Assembly: GCA_046292385.1 (NCBI GenBank)
Contig: JBKBRF010000006.1
Span: 32,001-96,000, forward strand
Reading direction: 5' to 3'
Source of the DNA: Armatimonadota bacterium
GTDB lineage: Bacteria; Armatimonadota; SYMT01
Length of the DNA stretch: 64,000 nucleotides
How positions within the stretch are numbered: position 1 is the stretch's first letter; every line of letters starts with the position of its first letter. A program made the position numbers and the translations under genes. Below are positions 39,110 through 47,828 of this stretch, piece by piece. The notes beneath the pieces are model-generated. The model did no database searches. It had not been told where the DNA came from and worked only from the letters and a program-made list of their open reading frames with translations.

Positions 39110-40468
39110 CTACAGCGAGCGGAGGAACGCCACCAGGTCGGCCTTTTGCTGCAGCGTAAGGTTGAGCTGGAACCGGGTGTCGTAGAACTGCACCACGTCG
39201 AGCAGCGTCGCCGCGGAGCCGTCGTGGAAGTACGGCGCCCGAGCGGCGAGGCCCCGCAGCGGGGAAACCTTGAAGCGGTCCATGTCGGACCACTTGCCGG
39301 TAATCAGGGCCCGCCCGGGATCGGTGGTGGAGCGGACCTCCCCAGTGCTCCGGTTCCGGAAGGTATAGAGCGGCACGTCGGAGCTCCGGCGCTGCGGGGC
39401 GCTCACCCCGATATCCTGCAGGACGCCCACGGAGCTGCTGCCGACGTTCGGCGCGTTGTGGCAGCTCGTACAGGTGGCGGTGACGGCGGGCGCCCCCAGC
39501 ACGTCGTTGAACCCCGCCACCCCGGTGACGGTGAACCGCTTGCGGTTGAAGATCACCTCTCCGCGCGCGACCGACTGCCGCTCAGCCCGCACCGCCTTGT
39601 TGGAAGCCCGCGACTTAGCCCACTTGGAGAAAAGCTTGAACGCGATCGGGTTGAACGGCTTGCGGCCGCCGAACGGATCGTTGATGCCGGGCTGGTACTT
39701 CTGCTTCGAGAGCAGCCTCGGACCGCCGCGGGCACCCTCCGCGGTCACCTTCCCGGCCGAGCTGTCGCGGATCTGGGCGTGGAAGAGCCCGCGCTCGAAC
39801 TTCACGATCTCGGCGAGCTGCGCGTCGGTCGGGCGGGCGCCGGCCTGCGCGTGGCCCAGGGTGGCGTCGAGCGCCTGGCTGGCCAGGTTCTGCTCCAGCG
39901 TGAAGCCCGGCGTGGTCTGCCGCCCGTCCCACATGATCGTGCTCTGGAACTTGAGGTTCGCGGCGGGGAGGGAGCGGCGGAACAGCGAGAGCTCCGCGGC
40001 GCTGGCGAAGCCGTAGGGATCGTCGACCGCCTCCAGCGTGAACTCCGCCTCCTGGGGCATCGGCAGCCCGATGCGGAAGACGCCGCGGCTCAGGAGCAGC
40101 GCGTAGGCGGACCGCTTCGCTTCCAGGGTGGAAACGTCCGCGTGCGGCGAGACGGTGCCGTCGTTGGTCCGGAAGAGCGGGTCCTCGCCGCTCGTCTCCT
40201 CGAACCGGCGCCGGGCACTGGCCGCGGAGAGCGACCATCCGTCCGACTCCGCGTGGCAGGTGTCGCAGCTTCGCCCGTTGGTGCCGAGCTGCTGGAAGAA
40301 CGGGCCGGAGGTATCGATCCGGTTCCGCTTGTTGACAGTGAGCGAGGCGCCGGTCTCATTCTCGATGGGACGGGGCGCCGTCTTCGGGCCGGCACCCGCG
40401 GCGGTAACCACCAGGGCGCCGAGGCCAGCGGAAATGCCGAGGGCGACGACGTGTCGGGGGGAAGGCAA
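39110..40468 (-). CDS. Di-heme cytochrome c peroxidase/MauG-superfamily protein
   Basis: Signal peptide, CDTCH, CTSCH, MWDGR, DPGRALITG and LRGLAARAPYFHDGS. Confidence 0.82.
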   Translation of the reverse strand: MPSPRHVVALGISAGLGALVVTAAGAGPKTAPRPIENETGASLTVNKRNRIDTSGPFFQQLGTNGRSCDTCHAESDGWSLSAASARRRFEETSGEDPLFRTNDGTVSPHADVSTLEAKRSAYALLLSRGVFRIGLPMPQEAEFTLEAVDDPYGFASAAELSLFRRSLPAANLKFQSTIMWDGRQTTPGFTLEQNLASQALDATLGHAQAGARPTDAQLAEIVKFERGLFHAQIRDSSAGKVTAEGARGGPRLLSKQKYQPGINDPFGGRKPFNPIAFKLFSKWAKSRASNKAVRAERQSVARGEVIFNRKRFTVTGVAGFNDVLGAPAVTATCTSCHNAPNVGSSSVGVLQDIGVSAPQRRSSDVPLYTFRNRSTGEVRSTTDPGRALITGKWSDMDRFKVSPLRGLAARAPYFHDGSAATLLDVVQFYDTRFQLNLTLQQKADLVAFLRSL

Positions 40469-40683
40469 GGGACAACTCCTGCGAAGCGCGGATAACAGCA
40501 GAAGCGGTTGCTCGGCCGCACTCCCAGCCTCTGATTATGGGCTTCCGGCCGTCGCATTTCCACCTCCGAACGGTCGATTTCTCTCGAGCCGTCCGTCCCA
40601 CCCATCGCAGGAGGCGCAGCTCAGGACGGCTGCCGGAGCAGCGTGAGCCCCACCGTTATCCGGCGGAGCCACCCCCAGTACGC

Positions 40684-41769
40684 TCACTGCGGCGGCTCCC
40701 AGATCTCCCACTGCACCCGCCGCAGGTCATACGCCTTCGGGTAGCGGAAGCGGCCCTTCCGCGCTCGGAGCCCGTCTTCCACCACGGCGAAGTCCAGGTC
40801 GAGGCCCTGCCGCTCCGCGGGAGTCAGCAGCCCCAGCGTCTGCTTCCGAGCCTCCGCCGGACCGGCGAGAAGCGAGGTGAGGGCGTAGAGCTGGATCACC
40901 GGCGCCTCCAGGCCCCATTCGGCTTCGCGCTGCTCGGACCTGAGCCAGTCCTTTGCGGCCCGCTGCTCAGCGCGCAGATACGCCGGGTACACCGCGCCAG
41001 CCTCCACGAAACGGCCACCCCGCCAACCCAGCACCATCGGGATGAAAGGCCCGCCCACGGTAGCATTCTTCCAGCCCGCGAAGCCGTCGTAGTCGGCCAG
41101 CAGCTCGAGCGCGTCGTCACTATCGACATCCTTCGGCTCCAGTCCGGTAATGCGTCGGGCACCGTAAGCGAGAAGACAGGCCGGCTTCGGGCCGAGGGAA
41201 TAGACGTAGTAGTTGGCCCAGATGTTATTCCCGCCGTTCCACTGGCAGAGGATCACCTCCGGCAGTCCGTCCTGCGTCAGGTCTCCGGTCCACTCCACGG
41301 AGACATCGAAGTCGGAGATGCGAGCGGCGGTTCTACCCCGTGGATCCCGGATCTCCAGGGTGGCGAGGGCGCCGTTCGGACGGTCGCGCTCGACCCACTT
41401 CCACAGCTTGCACGCACCGACTGCCTCCACCCGGAGCGGTGCTCGCGGATCCCACGAGGGCGGCTGGAAGCCGTTCGCCGCGACCCAGACGCGGCATATG
41501 GGGGAGAAGAAGACGAACGGCCACTCACGCCCGGTATAACCGTAGCTCCAGCCGTCCCGCTCCTCGGGGATAAGGCGGGGGCCAGGCCCCAGCGCCACCG
41601 GGCGTCCGAGCTCATCGGTCTGCTGACGGAGGGACGCGGCGGGCTGGCTGAAGTCGAAGACGACCGCCGCCGCACCGGCGTAGAGCAGGCCCACGACGAG
41701 CGAGAGCGCGATTCCGATGGTCAGGACGCGGAGGCGCCTAGCTGACTTCTTCTCGCGTAGTTCGTTCAT
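40684..41769 (-). CDS. Hypothetical membrane-anchored protein with DxxDG repeats
   Basis: N-terminal TM (VLTIGIALSLVVGLLY), GDLTQDGLPE and KDVDSDDALE. Likely start is the ATG at 41769. Confidence 0.55.
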   Translation of the reverse strand: MNELREKKSARRLRVLTIGIALSLVVGLLYAGAAAVVFDFSQPAASLRQQTDELGRPVALGPGPRLIPEERDGWSYGYTGREWPFVFFSPICRVWVAANGFQPPSWDPRAPLRVEAVGACKLWKWVERDRPNGALATLEIRDPRGRTAARISDFDVSVEWTGDLTQDGLPEVILCQWNGGNNIWANYYVYSLGPKPACLLAYGARRITGLEPKDVDSDDALELLADYDGFAGWKNATVGGPFIPMVLGWRGGRFVEAGAVYPAYLRAEQRAAKDWLRSEQREAEWGLEAPVIQLYALTSLLAGPAEARKQTLGLLTPAERQGLDLDFAVVEDGLRARKGRFRYPKAYDLRRVQWEIWEPPQ

Positions 41770-41992
41770 CCCCGGCGGGCCCTCCGCGCTGGCCGGTACG
41801 ACATCACGCCGCCTGAAGGGCCGCGCAAGGATACTGTTGGCGAAATCAGCTGAGCAGGATGAACACGAGCGGCCAAGCACTCCGGCGAGATTCCCCTAGC
41901 GGGGAAGCGGTGGCAAGCCACCGCACTCCACAGACTGCACCGGCGCAGTCTCCCTTTCGACGAGAGGGAATCTCTTCCGAGCTAGCCTGTGG

Positions 41993-42013
41993 AGATTCTA
42001 TGGTTCGCGTCAA
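41993..42013 (-). promoter_or_regulatory. -35 half of IS110 circle-junction promoter
   Basis: TTGACG at 42013-42008. After circularisation at CT it lies exactly 17 bp from TATGTT (43291-43286). Confidence 0.75.
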
Positions 42014-42073
42014 GCGGAAAGTTCGAGAGGAGCTCTCGCACGCAGCCCCGCGGAGCCGGCGGCGCCGAAAACA

Positions 42074-43105
42074 TCACGGGTTCGTCGCCGCCGGCTCCGC
42101 TTCGGTGGATCCTGCGGGGACCGGGGCGGGCTCACCCCGCTTCGGGCTCGCCGGCTGTCGGTAGACCCGCTCGGGGTCATACTCTTCCCCGTGCTTCACC
42201 ACCGCCCAACAGACTTTAGCGATCTTGCGGGCGACCGCATTCAACGCTGCCGTCTTCGCCAGACCTTTGGCCAACTCCCGCTCATACTGCTGGCGGAACG
42301 GACTGTCTTTGATCCGGACGTTCGACTTGGCGGCCAGATAGAGCAAGCGGCGTAGCTCGGCATCGCCTTCTTTCGTGAGGCCATACTCCCCCGCCCGCTT
42401 TCCCGATTGCCGTACCCGGATATCCAAGCCGATATACGCCACTACCTGATCCGCGTGGGCGAAGTCATGCGAGGTAAGCCGGGCCGCGAGGGCGGCGGAA
42501 ATCACGGGGCCGATGCCGGGGATCTTCCGCAGGGCCTTGGTGGCGGGGAACTTCTCCTTATCCTGCGCCCGCTGGGCGATCTGGCGATCCAGCGCCGTCA
42601 ACCGCGTCTTGAGGTCGGCGACGGCCTCGGCCAGCACGTCCGCGGCGTACGGGAGCTCGCGGCGCTGCTGCTCCAAGCTGGTGAGGGCGGACCGTAAGCC
42701 ACGGCGGGCGCGCAGGAGTTGTTCGAGAGCTTCCACGTCGGCGCTCTTCACCGGGAACGGGCGCAGCCCCTCTGCTTTGGGTCGGGAAGCGGCGAACATC
42801 GCCAGCCCCCGGGCCGCCAGGCGGTCGGTCGAAGCCCGAGTACTCAGCGAGCGGAGGTAGGCGTGCACTTTACGAGGCGGGGCCAAGAGGACGGTCCGTC
42901 CCGCTTCCCGGGCCTGGTGCACGACCAGATGGCAGTAGCGCCCGGTGGGTTCGACCACCAGGGGGACGTCCGCCGGGGTGCGGGCCAGGAGCTTCCGAAT
43001 GCCGGCCGGGGTGTTCGGCACGGAGCCTTCCCAGGCAATGCGTTCGGAAGGACGGTCGAAGAGGGCGCAGACGAGTTCGGCTTTGCTGACATCGACTCCT
43101 AACAT
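42074..43105 (-). CDS. IS110 family transposase/recombinase
   Basis: LGVDVSK, VEPTG, STDRLAA, IPGIG, RQSG, G..ELRRLLY and AVARK. The ATG at 43105 has a GGGAG RBS; the ORF track starts at 43138. Confidence 0.95.
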   Translation of the reverse strand: MLGVDVSKAELVCALFDRPSERIAWEGSVPNTPAGIRKLLARTPADVPLVVEPTGRYCHLVVHQAREAGRTVLLAPPRKVHAYLRSLSTRASTDRLAARGLAMFAASRPKAEGLRPFPVKSADVEALEQLLRARRGLRSALTSLEQQRRELPYAADVLAEAVADLKTRLTALDRQIAQRAQDKEKFPATKALRKIPGIGPVISAALAARLTSHDFAHADQVVAYIGLDIRVRQSGKRAGEYGLTKEGDAELRRLLYLAAKSNVRIKDSPFRQQYERELAKGLAKTAALNAVARKIAKVCWAVVKHGEEYDPERVYRQPASPKRGEPAPVPAGSTEAEPAATNP

Positions 43106-43127
43106 GTGGGTAGCTCCCGAGGGGTTC

Positions 43128-43280
43128 CTCTCCCGCACACTTGCGGTACATGGCCGGTCTCCTCACGCGTGAGGGCCGTGGGATTCCTCATCGGCGGTGA
43201 GAGGGAAGAGGAGGTCTTCTCCAGACGTCCGTCCCCGAAGGGCGGCAAGTGCGGATGACCTTCCTCTTCCTTCCCACCTG
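43128..43280 (-). ncRNA. Putative IS110 bridge RNA (target-binding and donor-binding loops)
   Basis: Two stem/internal-loop/hairpin modules, one with a cUUCGg tetraloop on the minus strand. Guides ATCCGCACT and TGGAG match the target; AGGAATC and GCAAG partly match the donor. The ends are approximate. Confidence 0.75.
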
Positions 43281-43505
43281 GAGCTAACATACAAGTGCGA
43301 ATGCTTGCTTTCGCGCCCCGCGCCAGCGGGGCACCGGAGAAGCTTCTCGATTTCGTCAACAGTATCCGCAAGCGCGTCACTCCGCGAAGAGTCGTGCGGC
43401 GGGACACTTCGACGGGGCTGCTGGAATGACCGTGTGCGCGGCCTCGCTTTCGTCTTGACTGTCCATTCCTGGAGGCGGGGGCGCGCTCCTTCCCGAGAGC
43501 AGCGA

Positions 43506-46500
43506 CTACCCGCGACGCGCCCAGACTTCCACGGGAACGCCGTCCCGGTCGCCGGACCAGAGCTGCTCCGTGCAGGTGCGGCGGAGCAGGTTCTTCCAGA
43601 GCTGGGCGTGGGCGAACGTCTCCTCGTCCGGGCAGAAGAGCGAGAAGACGGAGCGGGAGGCCACGAGGATCAGCTTCTGCTTGGCGCGGCTGAGCGCCAC
43701 GGTGAGGCGGCGCGGGTCGAGCAGGAACTTGCTGCTGGCGAGGAGGTACTCCGGGTCGCTCTCGGTGGCGCTGACGACGATGACGGTGCGCTCGCCGCCC
43801 TGGAACCGCTCCACGGTATCGACCGCCGACCGCGGCGGCCCGTTCTTACCCGCGACGGTGAGGAACGGGTAGGCGAGCTGGAGGTCGGCGCGCTGGGCGC
43901 GGTGCGGCACCACGATACCGAGCCCTTCCTCCGCGTCGAGCGCGTAGAGCCCCGCGTCGGAGAGCGCCTCCAGGACCGGCTCCACCAGGTCGCGCTCGAA
44001 GGCATTGCGGTTCTGGCTGGCGCGCTCGTCGTGGAGCACCACCACCAGCGGGTAATCGGGAGCGAGCACGGCGGCGACGAAGTCATCCGCCAGCTCCCGC
44101 GGCTCCAGCTGCTTGCGGCGGGCGGAGCGGTAGGGGATGCCGTCCTGCTGGTAGACCTCCCGCCGCAGGAACTCCGCCATCTCCGCGTGGAGGCGGAAGC
44201 TCTCCTCGAAGCGGATCACCGGCGGCGAGAGCGGCAGCAGGGTGAGGAAGAGCGACTCGTAGGCGCGGTACTCCTGGAAGGTGCGGCGCGGCTCCGCGGC
44301 CCAGTCGTGCTTCACGATCGGCGGCATCTGGCGGTGGTCGCCAACGACGATGAGCTGGCCGTCGGTGCGGAGCGCGAGACCGGCCATCACCGCTTCCGGC
44401 AGGTTCATCTGCGAGGCTTCGTCGAGCACCAGGCACTCCGCCAGGGCGCAGTCGAAGAGAGCCTTCGGCGATTTCTCCCGGACCATCCCGTAGATGCCGC
44501 CCGGCGTGGCGGCGGCGACGCACCACTGCTGGTCCTGCAGGGCATCGGCCGGCCTCGGATCTCCCTTCTCCCGGCGGGTCTCCTTCGCCAGCGGGATCAC
44601 GCCTTCCGGCGGCGCCTCGCGGCCGTCGATCCGGAAGAGCGGCACGTTCAGGAGGCGCGGGTCGAGGTATCGGTCGAAGAGGTCCCGCCGCTGGTCGCGC
44701 AGCTCCCGCAGCCGCTCCCGGACCTCCACGACGTTCTGGAGCAGCACGTCGGTCGCCGCGTGCGTCTTGCAGGAGACGAGGGCTCGGAGCGGCTGACACG
44801 CCGCCATCGCGCCCTGCAGCCGGGCAAAGAGGGCGAAGGCGGTGGAATAGCTCTTCCCGGTGCCGGGAGGGCCCTGCACCAGCAGCACCGGGTCGCCGCC
44901 GTGCCGGCCGATGAAGGCGCGCTTGCTCTCCTCGAAGTCGTGGAAGAGCCCCGCCGTCCGGAACGCCTCCAGCCCCTCCAGGAACCGCGCCTGCCCGGCC
45001 GCCGCTTCCGTGGGCCAGGCCACGCTCGCCGCCGCGCCCGGGGTGAGCCGCTCGTAGACGGCACTGCGCCCCGTCTGCGCGCCGCGCTCCAGCTCGCAGA
45101 GCGCCTCGACTACCTTCTTGCTCCAGTAGCCGTACCAGTTGTCCGGGGAGACGTCGAGCGAGTAGGCCATGCCTTCCCGCAGGGGCCGCTCGATCGAGCC
45201 GAAGACGAAGCCCTTCATCGCCGCGTTTCCGCGCGAGGCCTGCAGCTCTACCTCCAGCATCGCTCCGGTGATCCGGCCCGCGGCGTCCCGCTCCGGCTGG
45301 ATCTCGACCAGCTCCGCCCGCACGCCGTAGAGCATCTGCTTGGGGGTGGGGGTGAACTCCTGCCGATCCTCCTCCGGCAGCCGCTCGTCGACGGTCCAGC
45401 GAGGGTTCAGCACCACCCGCTCGCCGCGGCGGAGCGTGGTGAGCGCCAGGATCTCTTCCGCGGAGCAGTCGATCCCCTCCGTCTCCAGCCGCAGCCGCAC
45501 GCGGAGGCCTTCCTGGCTCCACTGGCAGGCGTCCCGGTCCTCTTTGGCGAGCTTCACCTTCTGCGCGTCCGGGTTCTGCTGCCGCCACTCCGCGTAGAGC
45601 CGGTCTTTCAGCAGCCGGCGGCGCTCGTTCTCCCGGTTGCGCTCCAGCACCTCGGGGTCCTGGTCTTCCGGGCAGAAGCGAGCGAGCAGCGTTTCCCCCA
45701 TCAGCACGCGGCGCTCCGGGGCGGCGTGGCGGATCGCCTTCCACTCGCCCAGCTCCACGTGCCGCTCGATCGTGACGAACTCGTCCAGCGCCTGGGCCAG
45801 CGAGCCGGCGCGCTCGCGGAACTGCGTCAGCGCCGTCAGGTCGAAGGCTCGCTTCTCCGTCAGCTTGTTGCCGCGGAAGTCGGCGGCGATCCGCTCCAGC
45901 GCTTCCAGCCGCCGCTCCTGGAATTCGCGGATCAGCTCCGGCGTGGCGGCGCGGTAGTCCGCGTAGTCGTCCCGCTTCCCGGCGGGCGGCTCCAGGTCGC
46001 CCCACGCGGCGTAGGCGTACTCCAGCGGGATCTGGCTGTTGAAGCGAGCCCGGCGCGTGTACCAGGCCTCCGCCTCCGGGTCGAGCGTGCCCCACTCGTC
46101 GAAGAGCCGGGCGCGGAACGTCTCCCGGAACGGAGCCCAGTCGAAGCCGAGGTGCGCCGCCACCGCCTGGAGCGACTGGCAGACCATCGGGTAGTTCTTC
46201 AGCTCCCGGATCTCGCGGTCGAGGAAGGTGGCGATCGGGGAGTCGAACGCCGCGAGCTGGGTCATGAAGTCGTAGAGCGCGGGCGCGGTCTCCAGCAGCG
46301 CGGAGAGGTGGCGGGAGAGCGCCTCCAGGAAGAGCCGCTGCTCGAAGCTGTTGTAGAAGACCAGGTGGACCGGCGCGGAGAGGGTGCCGTCCACCGCCGG
46401 CTCCACCAACTCGGCGACCGCCAGCAGCGTGTCGCGCATCCAGGCGGCCAGAAGCGCTCGCTCCCGCTCGGGCGTGTCGGGCGGCCCGTTGGAGAGGTGG

Positions 46501-47795
46501 ACCACGCTCCGGCTCCGTGCCGGCTCTCCGCCGGCGCAGGCGACCACCCGCGCGCCAACCAGGTAGAGCCGGTCGTGGAGGTAATCGTGCTGCGCGTCGA
46601 GGTAGATGCGGACCAGGTTCGGGTTCTGCTCCGCGTCGCAGTAGGGCAGGGAGCCGTAGCCGGAGCCGGGGATGGAGCGCGGCGCCTCCAGCGGATCGCC
46701 CTTCCACCCACGGTAGCGCCGCGCGCGGTGGATCAGCTCGTCGAGGCGCGGGCCGACCGGCCAGGTCGTCGCCGCGCGGGCGCACCGCCCCTCCTGGCCC
46801 GGCGTGGGCGAGAGACTCCAGTCCCGCGGCGCGTCCGGAGCCGCCGGCGCGGGCTCCTTCAGCGCCGCCAGCTCCGAGGCGGTAGAGATGCCGAGCCGCC
46901 GCAGCGCCGCCTTCTCACCCGCAGCCAGGTGCGGGATCAGCGCCAGGTCGTCGGTCTCGGCGCTCCACTTCAGGCAGAGCTCGTTGTAGAGGCAGCCGTC
47001 GCACTTGTAGCTCAGGTGGTAGGAGAGCTCCTCGAACGGCGCGGAGGCGATGCCGCGGGCGGTGGAAGCGGCGCCGGTCACCAGGTCGGCGACGGCATCG
47101 AGGTAGGCCTCCGGATCGGCGACGACCTCCAGCAGCGCGCCGTCCCACCCGAACCGGCGGCGGGTCTCCTCCCGCAGCGCCGCGTCGTCTCCGCCCTCTT
47201 CTCCGCGGAAAAGGAGAGCGGTCCCGATCTCCGCCGCGACCCCCGCCGAAGCGAAGAGCCGCCCCAGCATGGCGTGGTAGAAGGCGACCTGCAGCCGGTG
47301 CTCCACCCGGGCGTGCGCGGAGCTCTTGACGTCCGCGATCAGCACCTGCAGGGCGCCGTCCTCCGCGCGCTCCAGGCGCAGCAGGTCGGCGTCGCCGGTC
47401 AGCAGCCACCCCTCCACCTCTACCCGCAGACGAGGCTGCAGCAGGAGCAGGGCCTCGCCCGGAGGCAGCTCCACGGCGGCCCGCACGATGGCGGCGTTGT
47501 CGTCCTCCCGCTCCAGCGGCTCCCGCTGCTCCCCGAAGTGGACGGAGCGGAACCGCGCGCGCAGCGCCGCCTCCACTTCCCGCTCGAACTGGCGCCCGGA
47601 GCGAGTCAGCAGCGGCGGGATCGCCTGCGGCGCCACGTCGTACTCCCGCAGGAACCGGGAGCCGTGCTGCGCCTGGTGCAGCCGCAGCCGCAGGTAGCGG
47701 GAGCACTGCTCCAGCCGGACGAACTGCGAGATATCGGTGGGGCTCACCCGCAGCGGCGCGGAGGAGGGAAGGAGCGGTAGGAAGACGGGGGGCAT
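43506..47795 (-). CDS. Dna2/TM0106-like Fe-S RecB-type nuclease fused to SF1 (DNA2/NAM7) helicase
   Basis: Nuclease motifs SPTDI..C, GDADLL, ADVKSS, QVAFY and CDGCLYNELC. Helicase motifs QGPPGTGKS, DEASQ, GDHRQ, TVERFQGGE and VALSRAK. Confidence 0.85.
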   Translation of the reverse strand: MPPVFLPLLPSSAPLRVSPTDISQFVRLEQCSRYLRLRLHQAQHGSRFLREYDVAPQAIPPLLTRSGRQFEREVEAALRARFRSVHFGEQREPLEREDDNAAIVRAAVELPPGEALLLLQPRLRVEVEGWLLTGDADLLRLERAEDGALQVLIADVKSSAHARVEHRLQVAFYHAMLGRLFASAGVAAEIGTALLFRGEEGGDDAALREETRRRFGWDGALLEVVADPEAYLDAVADLVTGAASTARGIASAPFEELSYHLSYKCDGCLYNELCLKWSAETDDLALIPHLAAGEKAALRRLGISTASELAALKEPAPAAPDAPRDWSLSPTPGQEGRCARAATTWPVGPRLDELIHRARRYRGWKGDPLEAPRSIPGSGYGSLPYCDAEQNPNLVRIYLDAQHDYLHDRLYLVGARVVACAGGEPARSRSVVHLSNGPPDTPERERALLAAWMRDTLLAVAELVEPAVDGTLSAPVHLVFYNSFEQRLFLEALSRHLSALLETAPALYDFMTQLAAFDSPIATFLDREIRELKNYPMVCQSLQAVAAHLGFDWAPFRETFRARLFDEWGTLDPEAEAWYTRRARFNSQIPLEYAYAAWGDLEPPAGKRDDYADYRAATPELIREFQERRLEALERIAADFRGNKLTEKRAFDLTALTQFRERAGSLAQALDEFVTIERHVELGEWKAIRHAAPERRVLMGETLLARFCPEDQDPEVLERNRENERRRLLKDRLYAEWRQQNPDAQKVKLAKEDRDACQWSQEGLRVRLRLETEGIDCSAEEILALTTLRRGERVVLNPRWTVDERLPEEDRQEFTPTPKQMLYGVRAELVEIQPERDAAGRITGAMLEVELQASRGNAAMKGFVFGSIERPLREGMAYSLDVSPDNWYGYWSKKVVEALCELERGAQTGRSAVYERLTPGAAASVAWPTEAAAGQARFLEGLEAFRTAGLFHDFEESKRAFIGRHGGDPVLLVQGPPGTGKSYSTAFALFARLQGAMAACQPLRALVSCKTHAATDVLLQNVVEVRERLRELRDQRRDLFDRYLDPRLLNVPLFRIDGREAPPEGVIPLAKETRREKGDPRPADALQDQQWCVAAATPGGIYGMVREKSPKALFDCALAECLVLDEASQMNLPEAVMAGLALRTDGQLIVVGDHRQMPPIVKHDWAAEPRRTFQEYRAYESLFLTLLPLSPPVIRFEESFRLHAEMAEFLRREVYQQDGIPYRSARRKQLEPRELADDFVAAVLAPDYPLVVVLHDERASQNRNAFERDLVEPVLEALSDAGLYALDAEEGLGIVVPHRAQRADLQLAYPFLTVAGKNGPPRSAVDTVERFQGGERTVIVVSATESDPEYLLASSKFLLDPRRLTVALSRAKQKLILVASRSVFSLFCPDEETFAHAQLWKNLLRRTCTEQLWSGDRDGVPVEVWARRG

Positions 47796-47828
47796 AACGC
47801 TACTCGAACGAGTATTCCGAATGGGTCT

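Larger units (their letters stand above)
41993..43295 (-). mobile_element. Complete IS110-family (bridge recombinase) insertion sequence, ~1.3 kb
   Basis: CT core at both junctions: left ATTCGCA-CT-TGTATGTT, right TTGACGCGAACCATAGAAT-CT-CCACAG. Removing the element restores the REP end GCACTCCACAG, identical to 41923-41933. Confidence 0.88.
41829..43367. repeat. Non-autonomous element with 19-bp inverted ends containing a REP doublet, interrupted by IS110
   Basis: GGATACTGTTGGCGAAATC (41829-41847) versus GATTTCGTCAACAGTATCC (43349-43367), 18/19 match. Intact REP at 41905-41933; the inverted REP copy is split by the IS. Confidence 0.65.

Noticed and set aside
41829..43367. 19-bp inverted repeats as the ends of the IS110 (IS1111-like)
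   Set aside because: They lie outside the CT-core junctions defined by the restored REP, the 17-bp junction promoter and the guide matches, so they belong to the host repeat.
43197..47780. 1527-aa plus-strand ORF
   Set aside because: It is the antisense shadow of the nuclease-helicase. It has no motifs, and such ORFs are expected in high-GC DNA.
43506..47795. Cas4-like domain suggesting a CRISPR-Cas locus
   Set aside because: There are no other cas genes and no repeat-spacer array in the window. The domain is fused to an SF1 helicase, as in Dna2-like proteins.
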